Origin: an uncultured delta proteobacterium
GTDB lineage: Bacteria; Desulfobacterota; Binatia; UBA9968
Length of the DNA: 64,000 nucleotides
NCBI GenBank assembly: GCA_963816145.1
Contig: CAWFJP010000014.1
Location: 640,001-704,000, forward strand
Reading direction: 5' to 3'
Position 1 is the stretch's first letter, and the number at the start of each line of letters is the position of its first letter. The notes beneath the pieces were generated by a model. That model saw only the letters and a list, made by a program, of their open reading frames with translations, was not told the origin of the DNA and did not search any database. Both the position numbers and the translations under genes were made by a program. Below, piece after piece: positions 1 through 10,229 of the stretch.

Positions 1-180
1 GCGGCGTTGCGCGCCAACCGCAACAGTATCGGCGATATCACCGATGCGATCTATGTCGATGTCTCGGCGGCGCTCAAGCGAGTCGCTGAGTTCTCCGTAC
101 AGGCGCACCTGGAAAAGCTCGAACGGGAAGGCAAGGTCAAAAAAGAAGCCGGCCGTTATTTCTTGCTCAGCGATAATTGA
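1..180 (+). CDS. 3' end of a gene truncated by the window edge; probable MBL-fold hydrolase with C-terminal winged helix (LACTB2-like)
   Basis: Frame 1 reads AALRANRNSIGDITDAIYVDVSAALKRVAEFSVQAHLEKLEREGKV...*, resembling the 'IY.dv...l...A...v.aHL.kL..eGkV' tail of that family. Confidence 0.6.
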   Translation, partial: AALRANRNSIGDITDAIYVDVSAALKRVAEFSVQAHLEKLEREGKVKKEAGRYFLLSDN

Positions 181-1550
181 ACCGGGCCACGCGCGAAGTC
201 GAAACGCAGTACCTCTGGCTCGGCTTCAACTACCAAATCTTTCCATGCTGCCTCGGCGGTGGCGGCCAGCCGGGCGGGGCTAGCGACAAGATAAAGCACG
301 ATGTTGTCTTTGCGCCCGAGGACGAAGCTACCGCGGTCGCGGGTAGTGGCGATTAACATCGCGTCGTCTTCCCCGACGTTCCGGCGCAATCGCATGCCTT
401 GGCGCATTTCCGCAACGGTTTGAAAGGCGCGCTGAAACGCTGTGGCTTCGGCGGTGGAACCCCAAGCGCTGTACCAAGCGGTGGTTTGAAAACCGTTGTC
501 GGCGAATGAAAACAGCTGGTCGCCGCGCCAACCGGCGGCAATGTGACTTGATGCCGCCAAGGAATTCTCCGTCTCCAGCAGGCCGCGCAGCAAATATTCT
601 CCTACAGACTGCTCGAAGCGCGCCGGCATGTCCAAGTGCCGGAACAGGCCGGCGGGGAAAAATCTCTGCGGGGTTTGCACTGTCAGATAATACCGTTCCG
701 GGTGCAGGATCTGCGCCGTCGCGTAGGGCGGGTTGGCGTAGAGAGCGTTCAAACCATCCCGGCCTTTGGCTTTGGCTGCCCAGGCGACGAAGTCGGTGCC
801 TTCACGTGGGGAAAGGATCAATTGGCTGCGTAGGAATGGCGGCAGGTCGCGCGCCAGTATTGCCATTTGCAATGATACCTGCCGCGCCGCAGCGAGATGG
901 CCGGGAGCGGCGAGATTGCCATCACTGACATGGGCCAGAGCTGTGAGCAGGGCGTCGCCGCCGGCGATCGCGCGATAGGCTAACCGGGCGTCTTCAACAA
1001 CGGTTCGGTTGATTTTTTCTTGCCACTGGAAGTGCTGCTCTTGCAACGCGTGGACGATCCCCACAGTGATCGGTAGCTCCGCTACGGCGCGAGTGTATGG
1101 CGCGGCGAGTTGTGCGCCCATCGTTGCGGCATCGGCTGTTATCAGGAGCCGGTCAGTTGCGCTGTCGTAGTAGATCAGGCGTTCCAGCCGATGATATTTT
1201 TCCAGCGCGATTTTGAAATCGTCGCTGGCGTTGAGCAAGCCCAGTTGTTTGTAGGCGTGCTCCAACTGGGCGATTGGCATAGAGTCGACGGTTCCGGCGT
1301 CATCAGCGCTTGGGGCCAATGGCAATTTGTCCACCGATTGCGATTCGATTCCGAAGTCGTGTTTTGCGGCGAGTCCGCGGAGATCTGCGACGCTTTTTTT
1401 GATTTCGCTGAAGCGCTCCTTCGACGGAGTGGGGAGAGTTATTAAACCGGGCGAAACACACGCGACCAGAGCGGCGAAACTCAACAGCCCAATCAGTTGA
1501 AGCGTTTTGTCGGTGCGGCGCGGCGAAATGCGGGAACCGGTGTCATTCAC
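156..1550 (-). CDS. Putative lipoprotein, zincin-like family with degenerate metal site
   Basis: 464-aa ORF; lipobox-like LVAC; motifs HALQEQHF, NPPYATAQILHPERY, AAGWRGD. Confidence 0.65.
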   Translation of the reverse strand: MNDTGSRISPRRTDKTLQLIGLLSFAALVACVSPGLITLPTPSKERFSEIKKSVADLRGLAAKHDFGIESQSVDKLPLAPSADDAGTVDSMPIAQLEHAYKQLGLLNASDDFKIALEKYHRLERLIYYDSATDRLLITADAATMGAQLAAPYTRAVAELPITVGIVHALQEQHFQWQEKINRTVVEDARLAYRAIAGGDALLTALAHVSDGNLAAPGHLAAARQVSLQMAILARDLPPFLRSQLILSPREGTDFVAWAAKAKGRDGLNALYANPPYATAQILHPERYYLTVQTPQRFFPAGLFRHLDMPARFEQSVGEYLLRGLLETENSLAASSHIAAGWRGDQLFSFADNGFQTTAWYSAWGSTAEATAFQRAFQTVAEMRQGMRLRRNVGEDDAMLIATTRDRGSFVLGRKDNIVLYLVASPARLAATAEAAWKDLVVEAEPEVLRFDFARGPVQLSLSKK

Positions 1551-2210
1551 CTATTTCTCCATGATGATCACCGAGTAGCCGGCTTGGCTGATCTGTTTGG
1601 CCATCTCTTCGGCGGCGGTACGGTTGGAGAAGTTACCGAGGTGAACGCGGTAGTAGGTGGTGTCTTTCGATTGCAACGGCGTGATCATGACGCTGTCGAA
1701 ACTCTTGACGATGCGGTCGCGCAATTGCTGGGCATTTTCCAATTGTGAAAAAGATCCAAGTTGGAGCGTGTAATCGAGCCCCGGACGGATCGCGCGCAGT
1801 GGCACGGGACTGTCGAGCACGTCGACGCGAACTAAGGCGGTACCAGGTCCGACCATGTCGATGGATTGGGCGGCGGCGTAGGAAAGGTCGATGATCCGCC
1901 CTTTAGCGAACGGACCGCGGTCGTTGACCAAGACTTCGGCGGCGCGGCCGTTTTCCATGTTGGTCACCATCACCTTGCTACCCAGCGGCAGCGTCTGATG
2001 CGCCGCGGTCATGTCGTTTTGATTGTAGACATCGCCGCTGGCGGTGGCCTTACCGTGAAACCCTGGGCCGTACCACGAGGCGATGCCGGTTTGGCTGACG
2101 CGTGAATCGGCAGCCGGCGGTTGTGGAACGCGAACCCGGCTCGGCGGTACGGAGCACGCGCTGACTAGAGCAACGGCAAATAAGAATAAATTGCGGCGGG
2201 TCAAGATCAT
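1551..2210 (-). CDS. rlpA: Septal ring lytic transglycosylase RlpA with SPOR domain
   Basis: Lipobox VSAC; GIASWYG, TAAHQTLP, VNDRGPF, RIIDLS; C-terminal SPOR (LQLGSF, YRVHLG). Confidence 0.93.
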   Translation of the reverse strand: MILTRRNLFLFAVALVSACSVPPSRVRVPQPPAADSRVSQTGIASWYGPGFHGKATASGDVYNQNDMTAAHQTLPLGSKVMVTNMENGRAAEVLVNDRGPFAKGRIIDLSYAAAQSIDMVGPGTALVRVDVLDSPVPLRAIRPGLDYTLQLGSFSQLENAQQLRDRIVKSFDSVMITPLQSKDTTYYRVHLGNFSNRTAAEEMAKQISQAGYSVIIMEK

Positions 2211-2371
2211 GGCTGCTTCGGTTGGCGATTATACAGCAAAGCGTATTGGAAAAAAGTGTGGCGGAGCAGAATTAAGCCGTTTTTTGGATTGTTTGCATTT
2301 GCCTCCTCCTGGTTTACCCGCTCTAGGGTTTGTGTTAGCTTACCGGCAACTTACTGGGGAGTGATTGAAGT

Positions 2372-3118
2372 ATGTCCGGCCATTCAAAGTGGAGCACGAT
2401 CAAGCACAAGAAAGCCGCTAAGGACGCCAAGCGTGGCAAGATTTTCACCAAGTTGATTAAGGAAATCACCGTCGCGGCGCGCATGGGCGGCGGCGATATC
2501 AATGCCAATCCGCGACTGCGCACGGCGGTTCTGACCGCCCGCAGCAACAGCATGCCGAGTGAAAACATCGACCGGGCGATCAAAAAAGGCACCGGTGAAT
2601 TGGAAGGCGTAACCTACGAGGAGATTCAGTACGAAGGTTACGGTCCGGGCGGCGTGGCGATCATCGCGCAGGTGCTGACCGACAACAAAAATCGCACGGT
2701 GTCGGAGATCCGCCGGATGTTTGCCAAGCATGGCGGTAATATGGGTGAGACCGGCTGCGTCGGCTGGATGTTCGACAAGAAGGGCATTCTCACCGTCGAC
2801 AAATCTCAGGTAGACGAGGACCGCTTGATGGATATCGCGCTCGATGCCGGCGCCGAAGATGTCCGGGACGAGGGGGAGGTCTTTGAAGTGGTGACCCAGC
2901 CCGAGGACTTTGAAAAAGTCAAAGAACGGCTGGATCAGGAAAAAATCGCCATCGCCAGCGGCCAGGTCAGTCTGGTGCCGAAAAACACCGTCGATGTCGA
3001 CGCTAAAAATGTCGAGCAAGTATTGAAGCTCAGCGAAGAGCTTGAAGATCATGACGACGTGCAGAATGTCGCGGCCAATTTCAATATCCCCGATGAACTG
3101 ATGGACAAGGCGAATTAG
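2372..3118 (+). CDS. yebC: YebC/PmpR family protein
   Basis: [14 protein letters not shown] start, [16 protein letters not shown]; upstream of ruvC. Confidence 0.97.
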   Translation: MSGHSKWSTIKHKKAAKDAKRGKIFTKLIKEITVAARMGGGDINANPRLRTAVLTARSNSMPSENIDRAIKKGTGELEGVTYEEIQYEGYGPGGVAIIAQVLTDNKNRTVSEIRRMFAKHGGNMGETGCVGWMFDKKGILTVDKSQVDEDRLMDIALDAGAEDVRDEGEVFEVVTQPEDFEKVKERLDQEKIAIASGQVSLVPKNTVDVDAKNVEQVLKLSEELEDHDDVQNVAANFNIPDELMDKAN

Positions 3119-3123
3119 CCCCT

Positions 3124-3693
3124 GTGGCGGACCCTGGCAACAAAGCGCTGCCGCGAATCATCCTGGGCATCGATCCAGGAACCATGGCGACCGGCTGGGG
3201 GGTCGTTCAAGTCATCGGTAACGCGCTGCGCCATATGGGCCATGGCACAATCCATTCTTCAAGCGCCGAGCCCCAAGCGCGCCGCCTGTGCCGGATCTAC
3301 ACCGAACTGTCGAAAGTTGTAAAAGAGTTTCAGCCGGATGGCGTCAGCCTGGAAAAAGTCTTCTTCGCACAGAATGTTCAAAGCGCGCTCAAGCTCGGCC
3401 AGGCGCGCGGCGTCGCGCTGCTCGCGGCCGCTGAACAAGCTGTCGAAGTTCACGAATATAGCGCGGTAGAAATCAAGTCGGCGGTGGTGGGCTACGGCCA
3501 TGCGACCAAGCAGCAAGTGCAAATGATGATCGGATCGTTATTGAAAGTTTCCGGGCCGGTGCCGGCGGATGCTGCGGACGCGCTGGCGGCGGCGATCTGC
3601 CATCTCAACCGACAGGCGTTCGCCAGCCGGGTTGCCGAGGCGATGCCCAAAGCTCCGACTCCGATTCGGCCGCGCGGCAGCGGCGGGCGTTGA
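3124..3693 (+). CDS. ruvC: Holliday junction resolvase RuvC
   Basis: ILGIDPG, EKVFF, LGQARG, DAADALA. Confidence 0.96.
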   Translation: MADPGNKALPRIILGIDPGTMATGWGVVQVIGNALRHMGHGTIHSSSAEPQARRLCRIYTELSKVVKEFQPDGVSLEKVFFAQNVQSALKLGQARGVALLAAAEQAVEVHEYSAVEIKSAVVGYGHATKQQVQMMIGSLLKVSGPVPADAADALAAAICHLNRQAFASRVAEAMPKAPTPIRPRGSGGR

Positions 3694-3792
3694 GCGGCCG
3701 ATGCAAGTATTATTGATGCCCCGCTCGGGGACGATTGAAATCTTCCGCCCCTTCGCTATGACTCGGGCATCGCTTCAGACGAAAAGTGGATT

Positions 3793-3878
3793 CGTCATGC
3801 CGGCGAACGCCGGCATCCATCTTGATTCTCATCACGTGACAAAAACGAGCATGGATTCCGGCTTGCGCCGGAATGACG
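3793..3878. repeat. REP-like paired palindrome between ruvC and ruvA
   Basis: cgtcatgccggcgaacgccggcatccat ... atggattccggcttgcgccggaatgacg: two self-complementary units in inverted orientation. Confidence 0.85.
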
Positions 3879-3963
3879 GGTCAAAACTCTCACTTCAAGT
3901 CGGCGCCGGCCCAATCCCGCGACTTCGAGCCGAGGGTTGGTTAACTCGGTTGCAGGGCTCGAC

Positions 3964-4560
3964 GTGATCGCACAAATCAGCGGCAAGCTCGCGCAAAAAC
4001 AGCCCGGCGAAGTGGTCATCGACGTCGGCGGCGTCGGCTATCTGGTTCTGATACCGCTCAATGTTTTTTACCATTTGCCGGACATCGGCGCGCCGATGAG
4101 TTTGCAGATTCACACTCATGTGCGCGAGGACGCATTGCAGCTATTCGGCTTTCATGACCTCGCCGAAAAGCAGGTGTTTTTGTTGCTCATGGGTGTATCC
4201 GGTATCGGTCCCAAGTTGGCGCTCAATATTTTGTCCGGTATCCCGGCGGGAGAATTGGCGCGGGCCTTGAGAAACGGCGACCAGATGCGCTTGGTGTCGA
4301 TTCCCGGCGTCGGCAAGAAGTTGGCCGAGCGGATGATCGTCGAGTTGAAGGACAAGTTCACCAACCTGGCGCCGGTGACCATCGATAGCGCGGCCAAACC
4401 TGAGGCTTCGTCGCAAAAGATGCAGGACGCGGTTTCCGCCTTGATCAATCTAGGGTATAAAAAGCCGGAGATCGAAAAAACCGTCCGCGACGTGCTCAAG
4501 AACGGCGAGCTGTCGCTGGAAGATGTTCTGCGCGAAACCTTGCGGCAAATGGGGCATTAG
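3964..4560 (+). CDS. ruvA: Holliday junction branch migration protein RuvA
   Basis: GTG start VIAQISGKL; DVGGVGY, HVREDA, GIGPKLA, AVSALINLGY. Confidence 0.96.
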   Translation: MIAQISGKLAQKQPGEVVIDVGGVGYLVLIPLNVFYHLPDIGAPMSLQIHTHVREDALQLFGFHDLAEKQVFLLLMGVSGIGPKLALNILSGIPAGELARALRNGDQMRLVSIPGVGKKLAERMIVELKDKFTNLAPVTIDSAAKPEASSQKMQDAVSALINLGYKKPEIEKTVRDVLKNGELSLEDVLRETLRQMGH

Positions 4561-4601
4561 GCCACAAGAGTTTTGGCCTCAGAGGGCACGGAGATCACAG
4601 C

Positions 4602-4714
4602 ATCCCCCACCTTCATCCTCCCCCGCTTGCGGGGAACGAAAGAGAAGGTGGGGGGGATTAACCGCAAAGGGCGCCAAAAAGATTTCCGAAGCGGGCGGGT
4701 TTAAACCTGCCCGC
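4602..4714. repeat. Two intergenic palindromes between ruvA and ruvB
   Basis: cccccaccttc...ccccgcttgcgggg...gaaggtgggggg (about 4604-4655) and gcgggcgggtttaaacctgcccgc (4691-4714). Confidence 0.75.
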
Positions 4715-4743
4715 ATGGGTTGTAAGAAGATCACACACTGGCC

Positions 4744-5772
<1,029 letters not shown>

Positions 5773-5806
5773 AGCCGTTTGGCGGTATAATTATCGGATG
5801 AGGATC

Positions 5807-6019
5807 ATGGGCGGATTGGGCAAGACGCTAATCTCTTTCGGTATTGTGCTTGTGATCGTCGGAATACTGGTATCGTTGTCCGACAAGTTGCCGTGGCTCG
5901 GCCACCTGCCGGGGGATATCCATATCCAACGAGGACGCTTCAACTTCTATTTTCCGCTGACCACCTGCATTGTCGTCAGTGTGGTAATTTCGCTTGTCGC
6001 TTACTTATTCAAACGTTAG
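5807..6019 (+). CDS. DUF2905 family small membrane protein
   Basis: LGHLPGDI....FNFYFPLTTC signature; two hydrophobic segments. Confidence 0.88.
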   Translation: MGGLGKTLISFGIVLVIVGILVSLSDKLPWLGHLPGDIHIQRGRFNFYFPLTTCIVVSVVISLVAYLFKR

Positions 6020-6058
6020 AATTCTCGCAGTTGATTCGCCATTAATTCAACCGCGCCG

Positions 6059-8269
6059 ATGGAACCCCAAAAACTAACCCCTAGCCACGAAGCGAGCATC
6101 AAAGCCGAAGAGGCCAAAAGGCGCAAGCGCGAGGGCATCGTCATCGCGGTGGCGGCGCTGATGGTGGCGGCGTTGATCTTCTTCGAAGTACAGTCGCCGG
6201 ACATTTCTCTGGAGAATTCGCTCGGCAGCAACATCATTTTTTTCTTTATTATCAATATCAATATCATTCTGCTGGTGCTGCTGGTGTTTCTGGTGATGCG
6301 CAATCTGGTCAAGCTGGTCTTCGAACGGCGGCGCCGGATGCTCGGCTCGCGCTTGCAGTCGCGCCTGGTCTTAGCTTTCGTCGCCCTGTCGATCGTGCCG
6401 AGTCTGTTACTGTTCGCCATTGCCGGCGGCCTTTTGACCCGTTCCTTCGACCGCTGGTTTGACGCCAAGGTGGAAAGCGCGCTCCAGGGCTCCTTGGAAA
6501 TCGGTCAAACCTATTACCAAAACTCGGCCAACAACGCGATGTTTTTCGCCCGCCGGTTGAGCGAGAAGATCACTGAAGATAAACTCTTCGAGCCGGCGCG
6601 GCGGGTCGATCTGCGCCGGCTGGTCGAGGAAAAACAGCGCGACTATAACCTCGGTACCGTGGAGGTCTACTCAGCGGACGGTACCGCCATTGTTGCGGTG
6701 AGCGACAAGTCGAAGAGCGGCATAGACTTGAAGCCCGACGGGGAATTCTTGGCGCGCGCGTTGCGCGGCGTCGGCGTGACTTGGACCCAGCCGCTGGGCG
6801 AAGGCGATGTGATTCGCGGCGGCGCGCCGATCTTTGGCGCCGAGAAGCGCATCGTCGGCGTCGCGGTGGTCGACTATCATGTGCCCAAGAGTTTGACCAA
6901 CCGGGCGAAGCAAATTTCGGAATCCTACGAGCAATACAAGTACTTAACCTTTCTTAAGGCGCCGGTTAAGAACAGCTACATCTTGACGCTGTTTCTGATC
7001 ACTCTGGTAATCATGTTTTCCGCGACCTGGTGGGGTTTTTATCTTTCCAAGGGCATTACCGTGCCAATCCAAAAACTCGCCGAGGGGACTCATGAGGTCG
7101 CCCAGGGCAATTGGGACTATAAAATTGAAACCAGCGGCGACGATGAGATCGGTGTCTTGGTCCAGTCGTTCAATCAGATGACGGGCGACTTAAAGCAAAT
7201 AACCCTGGAGCTCGAACGGCGCGGCAAGGTGGTCCAAACCTTACTCGCCAATATCGCCGCGGGCGTGGTTTCGGTGGATCCGGCGGAAAAGATAACTACG
7301 TGGAATAAGGCCGCCGAACAGATGCTCGGGGTCAAATCCGAGCAGGCGTTGGCGAAGAATTACCGCGAGGTCTTGCAGCCGGAACACTTGCGCGTGGTCG
7401 CCGAGATCATCGATAGCGTCAAGGATCGGGAAAAGATCGAGCGTGAGATCAAGATCCCGCAGCATGAGCAGCTACTGACGGCGGTGGTGACGGCGGCGAC
7501 CCTGCGCGACGACGACGGCTCGGCGCTGGGAGTCATGGTTTTTCTCGAAGACATTACGCAAATCCAAAAAGTGCAGCGCATGGAGGCCTGGCGCGAAGTG
7601 GCGCGGCGCATAGCCCATGAGATCAAGAATCCCCTGACGCCGATCCAGCTATCGGCCGAGCGGCTGCGCAAACGCTACGCCAGTATGCTCGGCGGCGACG
7701 GCGGCATCTTGGACAAATGCACGACGACGATCATACAGCAGGTCGAAGAACTCAAGAGCCTGGTCAACGAGTTCTCCCAGTTCGCCCGGCTACCGTCAGC
7801 GAAGCTGGCAACTCAGGACCTCAATGAAATCGTCAATGAAGCGCTTTTTCTTTTCAATGAGGCACACAAAGGTATACAATTTCGTTTCCAGCCCGGAGTG
7901 ATTCCGACGTTGGATTTGGACCGCGATCAGATCAAGCGGGTGCTGATCAATCTGCTCGACAACGCTGTGGCGGCGGTGCAAAATGATGGCGAGATCAGGC
8001 TCTCGACGCATTACAATCGGGGGCGCGGCGTGGTGACGTTGGATGTCGCCGATAACGGCAGCGGTTTGGCGCCGGAGATGCGCACGAAAATATTCGAACC
8101 GTATTTTTCGACCAAGGAAAACGGCACCGGCTTGGGGCTGACCATCGTCAGTCAAATCATCGAGGATCATCGCGGCTATATCCGGGCGTTGCCCAACGAG
8201 CCCAAGGGGACGCGGTTTAGCATTGAATTTCCCGCTTCAGAGGTTGCCAAACGAGCGGCGCATTCGTAA
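6059..8269 (+). CDS. ntrY: NtrY-like membrane sensor histidine kinase (TMs, periplasmic domain, HAMP, PAS, HisKA, HATPase)
   Basis: GSRLQSRLVLAF, DRWF, HAMP DDEIG.L..SFNQM, AWREVARRIAHEIKNPLTPIQLSAERL, NLLDNA, GTGLGL. Confidence 0.9.
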   Translation: MEPQKLTPSHEASIKAEEAKRRKREGIVIAVAALMVAALIFFEVQSPDISLENSLGSNIIFFFIININIILLVLLVFLVMRNLVKLVFERRRRMLGSRLQSRLVLAFVALSIVPSLLLFAIAGGLLTRSFDRWFDAKVESALQGSLEIGQTYYQNSANNAMFFARRLSEKITEDKLFEPARRVDLRRLVEEKQRDYNLGTVEVYSADGTAIVAVSDKSKSGIDLKPDGEFLARALRGVGVTWTQPLGEGDVIRGGAPIFGAEKRIVGVAVVDYHVPKSLTNRAKQISESYEQYKYLTFLKAPVKNSYILTLFLITLVIMFSATWWGFYLSKGITVPIQKLAEGTHEVAQGNWDYKIETSGDDEIGVLVQSFNQMTGDLKQITLELERRGKVVQTLLANIAAGVVSVDPAEKITTWNKAAEQMLGVKSEQALAKNYREVLQPEHLRVVAEIIDSVKDREKIEREIKIPQHEQLLTAVVTAATLRDDDGSALGVMVFLEDITQIQKVQRMEAWREVARRIAHEIKNPLTPIQLSAERLRKRYASMLGGDGGILDKCTTTIIQQVEELKSLVNEFSQFARLPSAKLATQDLNEIVNEALFLFNEAHKGIQFRFQPGVIPTLDLDRDQIKRVLINLLDNAVAAVQNDGEIRLSTHYNRGRGVVTLDVADNGSGLAPEMRTKIFEPYFSTKENGTGLGLTIVSQIIEDHRGYIRALPNEPKGTRFSIEFPASEVAKRAAHS

Positions 8270-8281
8270 CTTGGAGGTCGG

Positions 8282-9568
8282 GTGGAAGAGCTGGCGGTTA
8301 ACAAAACTATCTTAGTTGTCGACGACGAAGACGACGTGCGCGAGTCGGTGCGCGAAGTGCTGCGCGACGAAGGTTACCGCGTCGTCGATACCGCCGACGG
8401 CACCCATGTGCTCGAATTGATCCGTCAGGAACGGCCCGAGTTGGTTTTGCTCGATATCTGGATGCCCCAAGTCGACGGCATCGGTTTGCTCAAGGAAATC
8501 AAGACTCAGGAGCCAGAGCTCAATGTCGTCATGGTGTCCGGCCATGGCAATATTCATACGGCGGTGACCGCGACCAAATTCGGCGCCTTTGATTTTCTCG
8601 AGAAGCCGGTTTCTCTAGAGGGCCTTCTATTAACCGTGCAGCGGGCCTTGGGCGAATCGTCGAGTTCGGCGGCCCAGCACAGCCGTGCCAAGAGTAAAGC
8701 CGGTGCGGCTAAGCGCGGTGCGGCGCCTGCGACGGCGACCCGAATCAAGCAAAAGACTTTAAAAAAAAGCGTCGTCTTGTCCGGCCAAGGGCTGCATTCG
8801 GGAGTGAAGACCGGATTGATCCTGCATCCGTTGCCGCCCAACAGCGGCATTCGTTTCACCGGCATTTCCGGCGAAGTGGCGGTGCCTGCGCACTTGGATT
8901 ATGTCGGCTCGACCGGCTATGCAACTTCATTGCGCACGCAAGGTTTCGCCGTCGGCACTGTCGAGCATTTGCTCGCCGTCCTGCACAGCTATGGGATTGG
9001 CAATCTGCTCATCAAAGTTCACGGTGAGGTGCCGATCCTCGACGGCTCGGCGCTGGAATTTTGCCAAGCCATCGATGAAGCGGGCATTCAGCTGGAAGAC
9101 GAGGAAGTCGCCGAGATCGTCATCAACCGCGCTTATCGGGTCGAAGCCAAGGGAGGCGAGTCCATCGCCATCGAACCGGCGGACGGTTTCTCGGTGCATT
9201 ACGAACTGCGTTATCCCAATCCAGTGGGCGAACAACAATACTTGTATCGTCACCACGGCGCCGAATCGTTTCGCGAGGAGATCGCACCGGCTCGGACCTT
9301 TGGCTTTCTCAAGGACATCGCCAAGCTTCAGACCATGGGGCTGGCCAACGGCGGACGGCTGAGTAATTTTATCTTGATCGACGACGAGAAGATTGTGAAC
9401 ACCGAGTTGCGCTTCGCCGACGAATTGGCGCGCCACAAGATTCTCGATATTCTCGGCGACTTCTATTTGCTCGGCAGACCGCTTCGCGGTGCGATCCGCG
9501 CGCGCATGACCGGCCACTCGGACAATATCGCGCTGTTGCGCAAGGTCCGCGAAGGCATGAAGCTGTGA
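8282..9568 (+). CDS. lpxC: Fusion: response-regulator receiver domain + UDP-3-O-acyl-GlcNAc deacetylase LpxC
   Basis: REC motifs VVDDE, LLDIWMP, SGHG, EKP; Ala/Lys linker; LpxC motifs QKTL, GQGLHSG, TVEHLL, EVPILDGSA, EIAPARTFGF, RHKILD..GD, GH..N. Confidence 0.92.
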   Translation: MEELAVNKTILVVDDEDDVRESVREVLRDEGYRVVDTADGTHVLELIRQERPELVLLDIWMPQVDGIGLLKEIKTQEPELNVVMVSGHGNIHTAVTATKFGAFDFLEKPVSLEGLLLTVQRALGESSSSAAQHSRAKSKAGAAKRGAAPATATRIKQKTLKKSVVLSGQGLHSGVKTGLILHPLPPNSGIRFTGISGEVAVPAHLDYVGSTGYATSLRTQGFAVGTVEHLLAVLHSYGIGNLLIKVHGEVPILDGSALEFCQAIDEAGIQLEDEEVAEIVINRAYRVEAKGGESIAIEPADGFSVHYELRYPNPVGEQQYLYRHHGAESFREEIAPARTFGFLKDIAKLQTMGLANGGRLSNFILIDDEKIVNTELRFADELARHKILDILGDFYLLGRPLRGAIRARMTGHSDNIALLRKVREGMKL

Positions 9569-9625
9569 CGGTCACTGAGCCGTGGATGATTGCTCGGCCC
9601 TCTGAGATTTTGCAGGACGCCTGAA

Positions 9626-10069
9626 ATGGACGCCAATTTTCCCCGACTGTTCACGGTTAACGAAGCCAACGGACTCTTGCCGATGTTACGGCCGCTGGTC
9701 GAGCAAATCCTGGAAAACATCCGGCGCTTGAAGGGTGTTAGCGAAACCGTGATCCGGCGCGAGCAACTTGACCCCGATGCGCCCAATCTGATGGAACGCT
9801 TGCGCGAGGACAAAGAGGTCTTGAAGCTGGTGACGCAAATCAAGGACTGGGTCGAGGCGATCAATGGCCATGGCTGCGTGTGCAAGGGCGTCGAACAGGG
9901 ATTGATCGATTTCCCGTGCATGCTCGGTTCCGAAGTGGTATTTCTCTGCTGGCAGATCGGCGAAGCCAACGTGGCGCACTATCATCGCATCGAAGACGGC
10001 TTCGCCGGGCGCAAGACTTTGCTCGACGATGGGAGCGCGGAGCCGGATAGTAAGATCTCCTATCACTGA
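9626..10069 (+). CDS. DUF2203 family protein
   Basis: FTVNEANGLLP, GLIDFP, LCWQIGE, YH..EDGFAGR. Confidence 0.87.
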   Translation: MDANFPRLFTVNEANGLLPMLRPLVEQILENIRRLKGVSETVIRREQLDPDAPNLMERLREDKEVLKLVTQIKDWVEAINGHGCVCKGVEQGLIDFPCMLGSEVVFLCWQIGEANVAHYHRIEDGFAGRKTLLDDGSAEPDSKISYH

Positions 10070-10229
10070 GTGTGGCTGCCGATAGCGGTAATTCGGATTC
10101 GGATAATTCTCCCCCAAAGACGCCAAGGTCGGAATTGATGTCATTTCGACCGAAGGGAGAAATCTCGTTCTGTGCTCTCTGTGGTGAAAACTTTTTCCAA
10201 CATTCCGCCACTCTTGCTAGCCCGACTTA

